In this document: positions 28,123-40,427 of the stretch, piece after piece
How positions within the stretch are numbered: position 1 is the first letter of the stretch
Layout of the letters: each line of letters opens with the position of its first letter
From: Botryllus schlosseri
Taxonomy: Eukaryota
Assembly: GCA_051294905.1 (NCBI GenBank)
Contig: CM119383.1
Location: 8,494,001-8,558,000 of the forward strand
Direction: 5' to 3'
DNA: 64,000 nt
The notes under the pieces: model-generated
Told to the model about the DNA's origin: nothing
The model's input: the letters and a program-made list of their open reading frames with translations, nothing else
Database searches by the model: none
Translations under genes and position numbers: made by a program

Positions 28123-28738
28123 CATAGTGTCCTATATGGTGTCGACACAGGCAAATCTCACGCCTCAGTGAAATTGTATCACGTCACAATTTCCATTTGG
28201 CTACAGACAATTTGACGGTCATTTTTGACCGGCTTGCCGAGCATTAAATTAGTTAAAACGGGTATCAATCGAAAGCTGACTCTCCACTGATCACGAAAAT
28301 ATAAATTTTATCCCGCTCGTGGCCCTGGAACTCCCACAATCAGCCTCGAATTTTTCATTGTTATGGAGATTGGCATTGGGACGCAACAATGCTGTCTGGC
28401 GAAACGAGAGAGTCGCTCAGGACGTAACAATGCTGTCTGGCGAAACGAGAGAGAAAAAGAGCCAGACACCATTGTTACGTCCCAATACCAATCTCCATAA
28501 CAATGAAAAATTCGAGGCTGATTGTGGAAGTTCCAGGGACACGAGCGGAATAAAATTTATATTTTCGTGATCAGTGGAGAGTCAGCTTTCGATTGATACC
28601 CGTTTTAACTAATTTAATGCTCGGCAAGCCGGTCAAAAGTGACTGTCAAATTGCCTGTAGCCAAATGGAAATTGTGACGTGATACAATTTCACTGAGGCG
28701 TGAGATTTGCCTGTGTCGACACCATATAGGACACTATG
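28123..28738. mobile_element. Fold-back element 1 (CATAG...CTATG), 616 bp, 7-bp TSD ATCTAAC
   Basis: Arms of ~280 bp are near-perfect reverse complements; the centre holds a direct duplication of GACG(C/T)AACAATGCTGTCTGGCGAAACGAGAGAG; ATCTAAC at 28116-28122 and 28739-28745. Confidence 0.92.
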
Positions 28739-28745
28739 ATCTAAC

Positions 28746-29343
28746 TATAGATAACTAACCTACGGATAGATGGGCAGCACGAGAGTCACGGTCGAGTGAT
28801 GCGACAACGGCAGATTTGTTGTCGCTTCATAGCATGAAACGGGAGCGTAATTGCTAATCCCATAGATGACGACCCGAGCGCTCAAATTAAATAAAGTTGA
28901 TCTTATTTGAAAGCTACAGTCGCGCTGATTCTGATAATATACATTAAATTTTCATCAAGGCAATGGAACCACCCCGAAATAGCCTTCAAAATATGAAAAT
29001 CGGCATTGTTCTAAACAATCGCAATCACGCATGGACCGTTGTTATGGCCATTGTGCTGCGCCGTTGCAATTGTTTTAGAACAATGCCGATTTTCATATTT
29101 TGAAGGCTATTTCGGGGTGGTTCCATTGCCTTGATGAAAATTTAATGTATATTATCAGAATCAGCGCCACTGTAGCTTTCAAATAAGATCAACTTTATTT
29201 AATTTGAGCGCTCGGGTCGTCATCTATGGGATTAGCAATTACGCTCCCGTTTCATGCTATGAAGCGACAACAAATCTGCCGTTGTCGCATCACTCGACCG
29301 TGACTCTCGTGCTGCCCATCTATTCGTAGGTTAGTTATCTATA
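28746..29343. mobile_element. Fold-back element 2 (TATAG...CTATA), 598 bp, 7-bp TSD ATCTAAC
   Basis: Arms of ~270 bp are near-perfect reverse complements; ATCTAAC at 28739-28745 (shared with element 1) and 29344-29350. Confidence 0.92.
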
Positions 29344-29570
29344 ATCTAACTAACTAACTAACAACTAACCTACGGATAGATACGCAACACCCGTCGTCAC
29401 GCTCTCTTGCCCGGAGGAAATTACTGGTCAGCAATCTCTACATACCCATGTGAATCCGAGAAATCGCGACCAGAATCCGAAAAATTCGAATTGGATAGGT
29501 TTTCCTGAAGAATGATAATTGTACGTACACTGTACAAGTACAGTACAGCTGATCTGATATGTAGTTAGAG

Positions 29571-30140
29571 CAGTGGTGGGCAAACTACGGCCCGCGGGCC
29601 GCATGCGGCCCGCAACACCGTTCTGTGCGGCCCGCGAGAGTCTAAAGAAACTTTTTTTAAAATATTGATAAAATGCGTACTAAAAATCGTAATAATGAAG
29701 GGACTTGATTAAAGTATTTCTTAGTTTATTTCACCATGATAATTCTAGGACAGTGGTTCTTGAACTGGAGAGCGTGAACGCATCAGAAGTGGGCCGCGAA
29801 GCTGAGCTCACTTGAAAAAATTTTTCGCGCTTCGCGCAATTTACCAACAATTTCATAATTGTTGCTCTGTATTTAGTCTGAATTTCACATTTTAAAATCT
29901 CTCATCTATAGTCGTCACCTTCCATGCCATCAAACTATCCGTTAGGTTTGCTAGCAACCTAGTTGCGTTTTGTGATATGACGTTAAGGGGGCGCGAAATC
30001 TTTCACCATTATAAGTTGGGGGGCGTGTCTTAAAAAGTTCGATAACCACTGTTCCAAGGTATATACTTTCATATATTATTTTTATGTTAAATTTCTGGCG
30101 CGACAGCCCGATCTTAAGGCCCACACAGTTTGGAAGGTTT
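29571..30140. mobile_element. Decayed hAT-type MITE with a nested CAGTGGTTCT-family MITE (29751-30051)
   Basis: Left end CAGTGGTGGGCAAACTACGGCCCGCGGGCC; nested element with TIRs CAGTGGTTCTTGAAC / GTTCGATAACCACTG. The outer right end is degraded and its boundary approximate. Confidence 0.65.
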
Positions 30141-31152
30141 CAACTGCTAAAGATCACAGAAATCCTAAACGATATTGACATAATTCGGATCACGAGTGGG
30201 ATTTCAGATCGGCCACTCCAGTTTCAATTATTTCAGTGATGCGCTTACCAAAACCGATTCGCTAGTGTCTTAAGTAGATTCGTTCTCTGTATGCGTAGAA
30301 TTGGGCATTTATATTTCATCTACACATAGTAAAAGCGTGTTTGAAGCTAACATAGTTATGATTCTGTGAGCATTGTGTATCCTTTGTTCTATCATACATT
30401 AGCTCCGGCTCCAGCTCCGGAGTCGCATTATTACCACTGCTCCGGCTCCGACTATGAAAACTATTGAAGGTGTCTGTCTATATCAGGGGTGCTGGGCAAC
30501 CCGCGACCTGCGGACCATATGTGGCCCGCGAGAAGGTTTCAAGTAGCCCGCGAGCAAATTTCCCATTCTGTTATATTATCGAAATTGAATTGTTCAGATT
30601 GTGAACTTGCTAGGCCAACCAAAAATATATTTAGTATTGCCGCGACACTTGGGATGATGATGACTAAAATATCAGTACCGACGCATTGGCAGATCCAGGG
30701 TCAAGCAGTCACATTTTTAGTAAGGGTGGAGGCCAAAAAGCTGAGTAAAAACATCCTGGATTTTCGCCTAATCTGCGAGTTCCAAGATCTCCCGATTTAG
30801 AAGTAGATGATCCGCACGCCAAAACATTGGATGTTCGTGCGAAGTTAGTAGATCTACAAATCCAGGATGTGGGACGCTATTGCGTCAAAATGACGCAAAA
30901 TGTAGTGATCCGTGAAAGGTTGCTATGTCAACCCACCGACTTCGTAGTAAATATTATGCTTTGGCAATGCTGATTGGAAATGTCGTCGATTTTGGTCATG
31001 TGCTATGAATGCCATCGTTTCCTAGGTAGACTTATGAAATTGATTTGAAGCCACTTTGCAGCTTTAATGCATATTACTCTGTAGTTTATTCACAGGTATA
31101 AGTTCTAAACACGGCATTGCAAACTGGTACTGTTGTTATTGCTGTCTGTAGT

Positions 31153-32194
31153 ATGGATATTTTGGACATCGTAGATGGCAGTTCGGACGAGTGACGACTA
31201 GAATACAATTGTCATGCCCAGGCATTACTTGGCAAACATATCGGACTCATTTGTAAAATACCCAGAAAATGAATTTGTTGACCGCTACAGATTTTACAAG
31301 GGAGCTACGGTAATTCTATTGGACTTGATTAAAGACAGCCCATGGTTGGATGTACGGTGCCAAGCTTTGCACCACATGATGCAATTACTCTGTGCTCTCC
31401 GATTTTTTGCTACGGTCATTTTCAACAGACAGATGCTGACTTGATTGGTGGCAGCCGGACAACTGCACGCCGAATCATCCACTGCATTTCTTGGGCATTA
31501 TCAGAGAATAGAGAAAATTTATCCTACGATTGGATGATTTGTTACAAAAAAAGAGTGATTTCTTTGACATAGGTGGAGTTCCAAATGTCATCGGTTGCAT
31601 TGATGGTACCCATATCCCAATAAAGTCCCCAGGTGACTCTGTACCAGAAAAGCTTATCGTTGCAGGAAAGGATATTTTTCTTCGAACTGTCAAATGGACT
31701 GCAATGCCAAGAGAATACCGGTAGTGACTAATGCTGTTGTGAGATGGCCAGGGAGTACTCATGACTCAAGAACTTTTTCAAATTCCAGATTAAAATACAA
31801 GTTCGGCCAGAAAAAATACAATGGGATTTTGCTGGGAGACAGAGGCTCTATGCTCTAAAAATGTACCTGGTTACTCCATTAACAAATCCACAGGCTGCAC
31901 AAGAAAAAAAAATACAGCTATATGCACTCAAAGACACGCGTGCTGATCGAGCAATGATTTGGCGTTCTTAAACTGCGTTTCCAGATGTTGCTAAATCCTA
32001 TGCGAATGCAAATCGAAAACACCATCCTGGCAATCATTGCAACAATATGTTTGCACAATTTTGCAACAAAAACCAATGAGCCAGTTCCTGATATTGCAGT
32101 TACTCCCGAGGAAGCTACGGATATAACATCTGAAGTTCGATACACTGACGCAATAGCCTATCTTGAAAATAAGATGAACACATATTTCTACTAA
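31153..32194 (+). pseudogene. Harbinger (HARBI1-like) DDE transposase, frameshifted with stop codons
   Basis: Motifs in shifting frames: QLLCALRFFAT, PNVIGCIDGTHIPIKSP, RWPGSTHDSRTF, GILLGDRG, KTRVLIEQ*FGVLKLRF, IIATICLHNF. Confidence 0.9.
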
Positions 32195-32540
32195 TTATGT
32201 TTATTTTAAAATTTTAACGAGCACAGTAAACCGTGCTGGTGTAAAAATAATAAAGAGAATGAAATGTGCATGACTTCGTGGAATGAAAGATTCAACTACA
32301 ATTGCAATGGAGATAATAAACAAAGAGTAGGTGTCCCATTATTTGTATTCAAATTGACAAATATGAATTGAAAAAATGTACCGAAATATTTGCACCGTCG
32401 ACAATACCTATAAAGCGAGGAACACTTGGCAGGCAGGCACAATGAAATATTATAAAGAAATGTTGCTTTTCAGAAAATGCGCATTCGGCTATTTACATAA
32501 CTTGACATAATTGAACAAAGAAATATTGCATTACATATGT

Positions 32541-34400
32541 CACTAATTCCTCAATTGTCCAAGTTCTAATCTATATTTTTCCATTTTTATCGCATGTTCT
32601 TCAATACGCATTTCGAATTCTTGCTCTCTGAAATATCATTCTTCGTCTCTCATGTCTTTTCTTTCTTTGAGCTCCTCAATCTTGGACACCATCAGTTCAA
32701 TTCTCAGCTTATTGTTTTTCTGAATTAAAAGAAGTTCATATTGACTCTGCGATGAGGAAGTAACCTATGATTAAATTAAAACTTGTATTAGGAAGCCAAT
32801 CACAAAGAAATCATTTGGAAATTCTCCTTGCCTTGTTGGCTGATATTTTTTCCTCTAATGCCTGATATCAATATCCGTTTCCAACAGTGGTATCCATTCG
32901 ATATGAGCGGTGAACCAATAATCGGTCAGTCTCTAGTCATTAAAAACTTGTATTCTGCAACCAGCTGATCACAGAGTGCAGAATTGGTAGTTTTCATTGT
33001 ATTGTATTTGTATACTAGAGCCCGACTGATATTGGAGTTTTGGGCCGATACCTATAAAACTAATATCTAACTCCTTCACCGATAACCACTATAGCCTATA
33101 TTCAAATTGTGTGGAATACCTTAAAATGCGCATTTGAAAAACTTCAGGGCTTCTATTTGAACAGCCAATGCTATACTTGGACAGGAAATAAACTAGAAAG
33201 GCTGTATCAGGACACCTGTAGAGTGTAATATATCAATATTCTCAGTCTAGTGGTCAAAGATTATAGTTTATGGACTTCCTATCACCATGCTGTGACCTCA
33301 CGAAAACTGCCCATATATATTCATTTCCAATGGCCGATACCAATAATTCTTTCAAAGAGTGATATCGAGTCTATATTATCCACAAAGCGATATAATCAGT
33401 CAGGCTCCATTGTACACCATCTTATATCAATTGTTACAGGATTGTAACTATGTGCATTGCTCTGGTAATCAGCAATCTTTCGAGCAGTCAAACACCATTT
33501 CCAACTCTATCGTTCGCATATAAAATACAATTTACACTAGAAAACTAAGTAGAAGTGGGAAATTTTTACATAACAATGGTTGGGACAGTGGAGCAAAAGT
33601 TTGCCAAACCCTCCGAAACTGCAAGATTGTATATTTTAAAATGTCAACTCGACTTGAAATCCAAATGAGTATAAGCTACATACCAGGTCTTGTCACGCAT
33701 GTTGACTGCGATTCCATGTAGCTTGTTTCTGAAAAAAATGTGAATGTTTCAGAAGGATTTGAGACTATACGTATGTTTACACATGTACAATGCACAATTG
33801 CACATGCATATTTGCTAGTGATGGTGAAAAATACTGAAACCGATCATTTGACGATGAGCAAAAAATCTCATTATAAAATCGCTAAATGTATGACAAGAAC
33901 GTTTGATATTGTGAATGCGTTCCCTTCAATACACCACCGGGTAAGAAATTGATATAATATACATCTACACTTGTACAATTGATATGTTAGCAAAAAGTAG
34001 TGATGAAAATAACGAGAAGAGTTGCCTCTGACAAGAACCGATCTTCATCATGGGGAATACTTCTCGATGTGGTCAATGTATCGAACAAGTTCTCATTACT
34101 CTCTCGTAAAATAACTTACATGATTGATTTTCTGCAGTAGCTACAGACAATATGGTGGAATCATATTATGGATATAATTAATGTCTACAATCTTACCTTG
34201 CAATAAATAGCACCGTCACCGGGTCAGATACCATTGAATGTTCTGAAGGCCTTCTGTCATTTTCAGTTTTGAGACTTTCTCTTGTTTTGAAGCCACCTTC
34301 AATTGGCACAATTGCTGTTCTGTTTTTTGCCATGTTTGGTGATGTGGCATTTCACGGCTTGGTTGATTGTTTCCAATGCAAGAGAACGGCAGAACTCGTT
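32541..34400 (-). pseudogene. Probable remnant of the Harbinger second ORF (Myb/SANT-like DNA-binding protein with coiled-coil tail)
   Basis: Minus-strand fragments: NATSPNM / KTEQQLCQLK..SKQEKVSK near 34250-34350 resemble SANT helix 3; 32541-32760 reads QYELLLIQKNNKLRIELMVSKIEELKERKDMRDEE*YFREQEFEMRIEEH (coiled coil). Convergent to the transposase, as is usual for PIF/Harbinger. Boundaries approximate. Confidence 0.55.
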
Positions 34401-36268
34401 TATTACATAGTTTGTATGCAATTATCATTAAACATTCTGTAATAACATAATCATCAGTCAATAAGTAAGGAGAAGCACAATTGAGTACCGGTAACAAAAT
34501 ATCGCTAACATGCAATATTCACTATCTTTATAATGAGCCTCATATAAGCAATTTCAATCTACAATGTCATAACTATTACAAACCTCGCCAAATTTATATG
34601 CTTGTGTACCTTAATCTAGACTTTAATCCTGGTGGCGACCAGGATCAAGAAGCAGCAGTCTATACTCAGTCGGTCCTGGCAGAATCTTACTAATCTACCT
34701 TTCTGGTCCGCAGAAAATCCAGCAACGTGCAAAATCCCCCGATCTTTTATTTGATCTATATTTTTGGCCTCCACCCTAAATCGTCGTACATTACAATAAA
34801 CTAAAAAAGTAGTAAAATTTTTCTTCATGCTTCGCATGTTTAATTGTCACCCGATTTCTTTCTCTGTAGCCTAACCCCACCTGAAAATGAAAAAAATGCC
34901 TGACTTAGCCGATTGAGTCTATAACTATATTCGCAATTACGAGAGAAAGTATTTTCGCCTTTACGGTCGCAGAAAGATTGTCGACGATGAAATGTAGGCA
35001 CAAAATGATTGTCGTATATTAGCGGAAATCTTCGATATCGAGATGTCCAGATGCCGAATAGTCCTGTCCTTGCAAACTGATCCCAGCGGGCGGTATACAG
35101 TCAACCCGCAATATACCCAAACAATAATAATATTAACTTGGAAAATTTTACGCGCCTGGTGCGGCTAGTGGGCAACGCACTCGTTCGTCAATTTCATGTG
35201 GCCCTTTAGCCGAAAAGGTTGACCTCCTCTGCTCTATATAGATTACTAATTTACCTGTTGGTTAGTTAGCCTATCTATGGTGATCTAGAGTCTGTCAGTC
35301 GTTAGTATCATCGGATACAGCAACGAAGACATAGGTGCCGCCGTGCCGGCTTGTGACGACATAATGAATACTTGTTAATTGTCCATAACAACATAGTTGC
35401 ACTGGAACGCACTTTACTCTGTGCCATTGCTGTGTACAGCATCAAAATTCTGATGCGGCGTTTTAACACTGGCACTGTACTCGTTAACATTAAGCCATAC
35501 AGCTCAATTCAATCTTTAAATGTGCGATTATTATTCAACTGTAACTGCAGTAAGAGCAATATGGGCGGATATAACGACGTGATCAATAGAAATTCGTTTT
35601 GTACCAAATGGCCAATGGTTTGACGTTCGATATTGGTGCACTCGTTACCAGTCCATCCGGTGTCGAACAAGTTTATCGGAATATAATATTTTCCTAAATC
35701 GAATAATCGAATTAAACACTGCACCATGCACAATGCACATTGCGCCATGCCTATAACGAATTAAACTATGCAGTATGCACATTGCACATTTACAAGTTTA
35801 CGAAACAGATGATTACAAATTGGAAATCGCGTATCAAATCAGTAATTTGTCTCCAACATAAAATACCATGGGTTTTGAGCTACTCCTCTGCCATCCCTAT
35901 TTACGCTCGAAAATCTTTACTGGAGTGAATGACGATAATGCGCAGTATTGAATTCCAAATGGCATGCATAATTGCATACGCAATAACACTGTCCAATTAC
36001 GCAGCCCGATCACGAAAGAACGAATATTTGCTCATCCAATTCAAAGCAACGATGAGATGGAATTTCTCGGCTCGTGCTCGTCATATCGACATGTGGAACG
36101 AAATCACGTTTTTATTAGGGATGGTGTGAACCTCTGAAAGGTTCAGGTTCGTGTGAACGCGAACGTGAACCTCATGACGTCACGTGACGTCATATTGCTA
36201 ATTTCAACCCTATATTTCAATCATGTGATTGCCTTATTAGCCTATATTAATGTACTGTACATGTACAC

Positions 36269-37144
36269 CAGGGGCGGGCAACATACGGCCCGCGGGCCGG
36301 ATCCGGCCCGCGAAGGGATTTTGTCGGGCCCGCGGACAGTTTTCCGTCTTACATGATAATGTGGCCCGCAGCCCCTGTCTGCCGAGATTCCCCACTACTT
36401 GCTTACTATGTCAAATTTTGTGACTGTATGTTATTATATACGTGAATTCGCAGCGTGCGAGAGTAGAGCTTACGCATAAGTTCGTTGAAGCGAGAAGACT
36501 TGCATTATCGGCATTTACGATGTACTCAGCCCTAATGTCGTTTGTGGTAATCATGGTGTTTGTCGATTAAACTGATCATTTACACCGGGCTGATATATCA
36601 TATTTTTGAATCCGTAACCGCCGACTTGCAGCACGGTACACTTCTAGGCTTTCGTAAGACACTGCTTATGTCAGGGGTCGCCAACTCAAAACGGGCCGCG
36701 GGCCACTTTTCAAATTTCGTGGAGGACGGCCCCGCATGAATTCAATATCGAGATTAATTAAGCCACACAGTTGAACAACGGCGCTATCTGGTCACCTACT
36801 CAATCCTAATAAATTAATATCTTGGTAAATTTGGGGTACCGGGCTTATCGAACGCGTTGAAATCTTAATTAGGAATTGCACCGTGTGTTCATTGATCAGC
36901 TGGAAGCAGACATGACGACGCCTGTATGACAATGCTATTCTCAAATCCACATTGTCTTCGTCGTTATCGGCGAGAAATGGTTTTGAAGTGACATTGCTGT
37001 CGTTGAAATACATTCAACAAATACGATTTATTCCTTGTATACGAGGATAAATGGGCGAATAATGCATCGATTCAGCAATCCGGCCCGCCAAGAAATTAAT
37101 TTTCCTAAATCCGGCCCGCCGACTGGAGAAGTTGCCCGCCCCTG
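36269..37144. mobile_element. Nested hAT MITE (CAGGGGCGGGCAAC)
   Basis: TIRs CAGGGGCGGGCAAC / GTTGCCCGCCCCTG; perfect TSD ATGTACAC; a further hAT left-end fragment inside at 36672. Confidence 0.92.
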
Positions 37145-37761
37145 ATGTACACGATACCTAGCGACGACTCGGGCCACATAATGACACAGTGCTGAAGTAG
37201 GCTACATATTCACGTTTTAATCACATTCAATCAATATCTATTCCGTCGCTTTGCCAACAATTTCGACGACGACTTGCCATAGGGAATATAAGCTGACACC
37301 TTAACGGTCTAGGTCTGACCGGACAATGTATTCGGCGTCTGAGTATTGCTACACAGAGTGTAAAACGGGTGTCTATACTTGCTGCCGATATTACCCCATT
37401 AACAAGTTATACAGCAGTAGCCAATACCCCAATCGCACGGATTTGGTTTTTATGATACAGTATACATATGAAGTCAAGATTGACCCCGTACGCCTGCTAT
37501 ATTTTTTCATCAGAAAACGATATCAATCTCATTGATTGGTTGAATAATCATCATTCGGTGACTACCTACATGCAGTATATTTCGCTCTTGATGTTATGTG
37601 ATTGCGGGTCAAGCTCACAGCAAAGAGCCACTAAATATTCACAAACGGCAAGCTGGATATTTCGAGCAAACTTTGGTAACAATGCAAGTATAAAATTTTT
37701 GAGATTGCATAGAGTGGCCCGCAGTTGAAATGCAATAAATTTGAACCAAAGATGTTATAAT

Positions 37762-39352
37762 CAGGGCCGTAACAGCACTTCGTCAGGCCCCCCCCAAAAC
37801 TTTGGTCTTGGGCCCCCCATAGGGTTATAAGCCTAACTTCTGGGGGGCTTCGCCCCCCAGACCCCCCTCCGGCGATTCACTGCTGTTTACACCGATTCAG
37901 CATATTCATTGGGAGTTTGTTTAGTGAACCAGGTGTTGTCGCCTAAGAACGCGCGAAGCGCGGAAAATTTTTAGAATTCATGATTGAATCGGTCAGTATG
38001 ATCGGAAATTACATATATACTGTTATCAATTTTTATCTTCTATCTGCTCACGTAATCAGATTTACCGGTAGAGCTGAGTGAGGTGCGTTTGAAAAGGTAG
38101 GACGACTCAATATTAATTAAACATCTTCTGGCGTATACCCGTTGGCAGGAACGAAACAGTACCTCGTCAGGCCCATAGGGTGTAAAACGACCCCCCATCA
38201 CGTTATTCGCGTTTGTCACGAAATCATCTGTACTGTATTGTGAGGCAGCGCGAAACGCGAAAATTTTCTATAATTTATGATGAAATCGGTTAATCAGATC
38301 GGCGATTGCATAAATATTATGCTATCAATTTATTGTCCTCTCTACTCACGTAATTAGATTTACAGGTAGAGCTGAGTGAAGTGTCTTGAAAAGGTAGGAC
38401 GACTCAATAATAATTAAACATCATCGGGCGTATACCCGTTGGCAGGAACGAAACAGTACCTCGTCAGGCCCATAGGGTGTAAAACGACCCCACATCACGT
38501 TGTTCGCGTTTGTCACGAAATCATCTGTACTGTATTATGAGGCAGCGCGAAACGCGAAAATTTTCGATAATTTATGATAAAATCGGTCAATCAGATCGGC
38601 GATTGCATATATATTATGCTATCAATTTATTGTCCTCTCTACTCACGTAATTAGATTTACAGGTAGAGCTGAGTGAAGTGTCTTGAAAATGGGAGGGCCT
38701 GTAAATAATAATTAAACATCTTCGGGCGGGCGGACCCGTTGATATGACTTCGTTACATGATGTTTGATATGACTTCGTTACGTGATGTTATTTCGTGACT
38801 TCCAGTCTGCTACATCAAAAAATATAGAATCACCCAAATAGGTCTCTAAACTAAGAGACGCACACGATTTCAAATTGGTATATCTTCACTGGCATTAAAT
38901 TTTTTCCAGCGGGATGGTATTTGTCTTGTGAGGTTCAGATTGCAAAGACAGGAACATTCGGCGCCAGTCATTTAGGCGCCTATGGACAATTGAACCTATA
39001 CGTATTTTGTATATATAACGAAGTCTTCGGTCAGCATACGGGTTTACACCTTTTCGGCCAAGGCTTTCTCGGCTGCCGATCGTTCTGGTACACTTCTTGG
39101 AGTCGCATGTTATATTGCCTAAAACTTGATTGTATGTTATGGTGGGTCGTGGCGCGGTAATGGCCCAATACCCGAGTAATAAAGATAAATGACCGCTTGA
39201 ATTCGCGCATAGCGCGAAAAAATTTTAAAAAGTTGCATAAATTTTAAAAAAATACCCTATGATTTATGCTAATTCACGAAATAATTTTGGGCCCCTTTCG
39301 AGCTCGGGCCCCCCCCAATTGGGGGGTTTGGGGTGCGGCAGTTACGGTGCTG
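37762..39352. mobile_element. Nested hAT-type element with an internal 297-bp tandem array
   Basis: TIRs CAGGGCCGTAAC / GTTACGGTGCTG; perfect TSD GTTATAAT; unit starts at 37951, 38248 and 38545. Confidence 0.9.
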
Positions 39353-40319
39353 GTTATAATGAAGTGAAAATTGCAATATATGAAAAGGGTTCACAGTGCA
39401 GAACCTATCCAGGTTCGGTGTGAACGCGAACCTTAAAATTTTCGAGGTTCACACACAGAACTCGAACGCGAACCTCACGCTCACAACATCCCTAGTTTTT
39501 ATCCTCTCTCCCATTTCGCGTAATACATAGTGATCATTATATTTTCGAACCGTATACAATTGGCCAACAAGGTTGTGCTGATGATGAAATTGCGGGTATG
39601 CCGAATACCCACAATATTCACAGGCATCTTTCGCATACCAGGTTTCGGCACTAATGTATGAAAATTGAACATTGAACATGCGACTGCTCTGCTGTTAAAT
39701 CCCCAGGAACGTGGTTAGTCGGAAAAGGTAGCGCGAAAGAGGAAACGATTCTTAATTTCGCGAAGGCCTGCTGTTGAATTATGTGAACTCAGCAGAAATG
39801 GTTGTTGCATATATAATAGCATCTTATGAAATATACGTCGGAGCCGGAGCTACCCCTCAAATAACTGGCTCCAGCTCCGGCTGAATTTTATGTAGAGCTC
39901 CGGCTCCGGCTCCAGCTCCGTTAAAATTGCACGGCTCCGGCTCCAAAGCCCTGGTCTTGGAACTGAACCAAAAGTGAAATCAGTAAATCTATGAACAGAT
40001 CGCTGCTCACAGATTTAAATTTCAATCCTGTTCTAAGAATGGGGACAACCGACTTTCATCTCTGTAGTTTTGACAAATTGGTTATTGAGGTCGACCAGCC
40101 TATGAAATCTCGCCAATATCTTTCGGACGCGTGTACGATATCATCAAAGCAATGTTTGTTTTGTTTTAAGTAAGCAGATATATTATATCCATGTCCTCAC
40201 TATATAATCAAATACCAATATTGCGTTTTGGTGTATGATCCCAATTTTATATAGTGCGGCCCGCGAATGGATTCAGATGTTGGATGCGGCCCACGAGCTC
40301 AAAAGTTTGCCCAACCCTG

Positions 40320-40427
40320 GCCTAGCATGATAGCTGCGGATACCAATTTTCGAGTCTTCGGTGTTACCCGTACGGGGATCGAACTCACGACCTACCGATC
40401 GAGAAGCCGGACGCATATAACCATTAC
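40320..40427 (-). mobile_element. tRNA-derived SINE head, copy 1
   Basis: Minus strand reads GTAATGGTTA...GCGTCCGGCTTCTCG...GAGTTCGATCCC: A-box-like and B-box motifs; near-identical to 51211-51318. Confidence 0.7.

Larger units (their letters stand above)
30724..34776 (+). mobile_element. Full-length, decayed PIF/Harbinger DNA transposon (4053 bp)
   Basis: 16-bp perfect TIRs GGGTGGAGGCCAAAAA / TTTTTGGCCTCCACCC, TAA TSD (30721-30723, 34777-34779), internal Harbinger transposase remnants and a convergent second-ORF remnant. Confidence 0.93.
30484..35231. mobile_element. hAT-type MITE split by a PIF/Harbinger insertion
   Basis: Left end CAGGGGTGCTGGGCAACC, right end AAAAGGTTGACCTCCTCTG, TSD GTCTATAT/CTCTATAT (7/8). 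The two halves (30484-30723 and 34777-35231) together resemble the uninterrupted copy starting at 54545. Confidence 0.8.
36116..39494. mobile_element. hAT-type non-autonomous host element (TAGGGATG termini) carrying two nested elements
   Basis: TIRs TAGGGATGGTGTGAA / CTCACAACATCCCTA; perfect 8-bp TSD GTTTTTAT (36108-36115, 39495-39502); subterminal GAACGCGAAC repeats at both ends. Confidence 0.88.

Noticed and set aside
28319-28570. 83-aa ORF and a short direct-repeat pair that might suggest a CRISPR-like array
   Set aside because: It is the centre of fold-back element 1; only two repeat units, eukaryotic context, no cas genes.
35237-35279. 43-bp TATAG...CTATG stretch resembling both tips of fold-back element 2
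   Set aside because: No flanking 7-bp duplication and it overlaps a hAT TSD; may be a remnant but is too short to call.
29571-40319. Possibility that one hAT MITE spans the whole 10.7 kb nest
   Set aside because: The termini are compatible but the flanking 8-mers (AGTTAGAG versus GCCTAGCA) do not match, and the left element has its own degraded right end near 30100.
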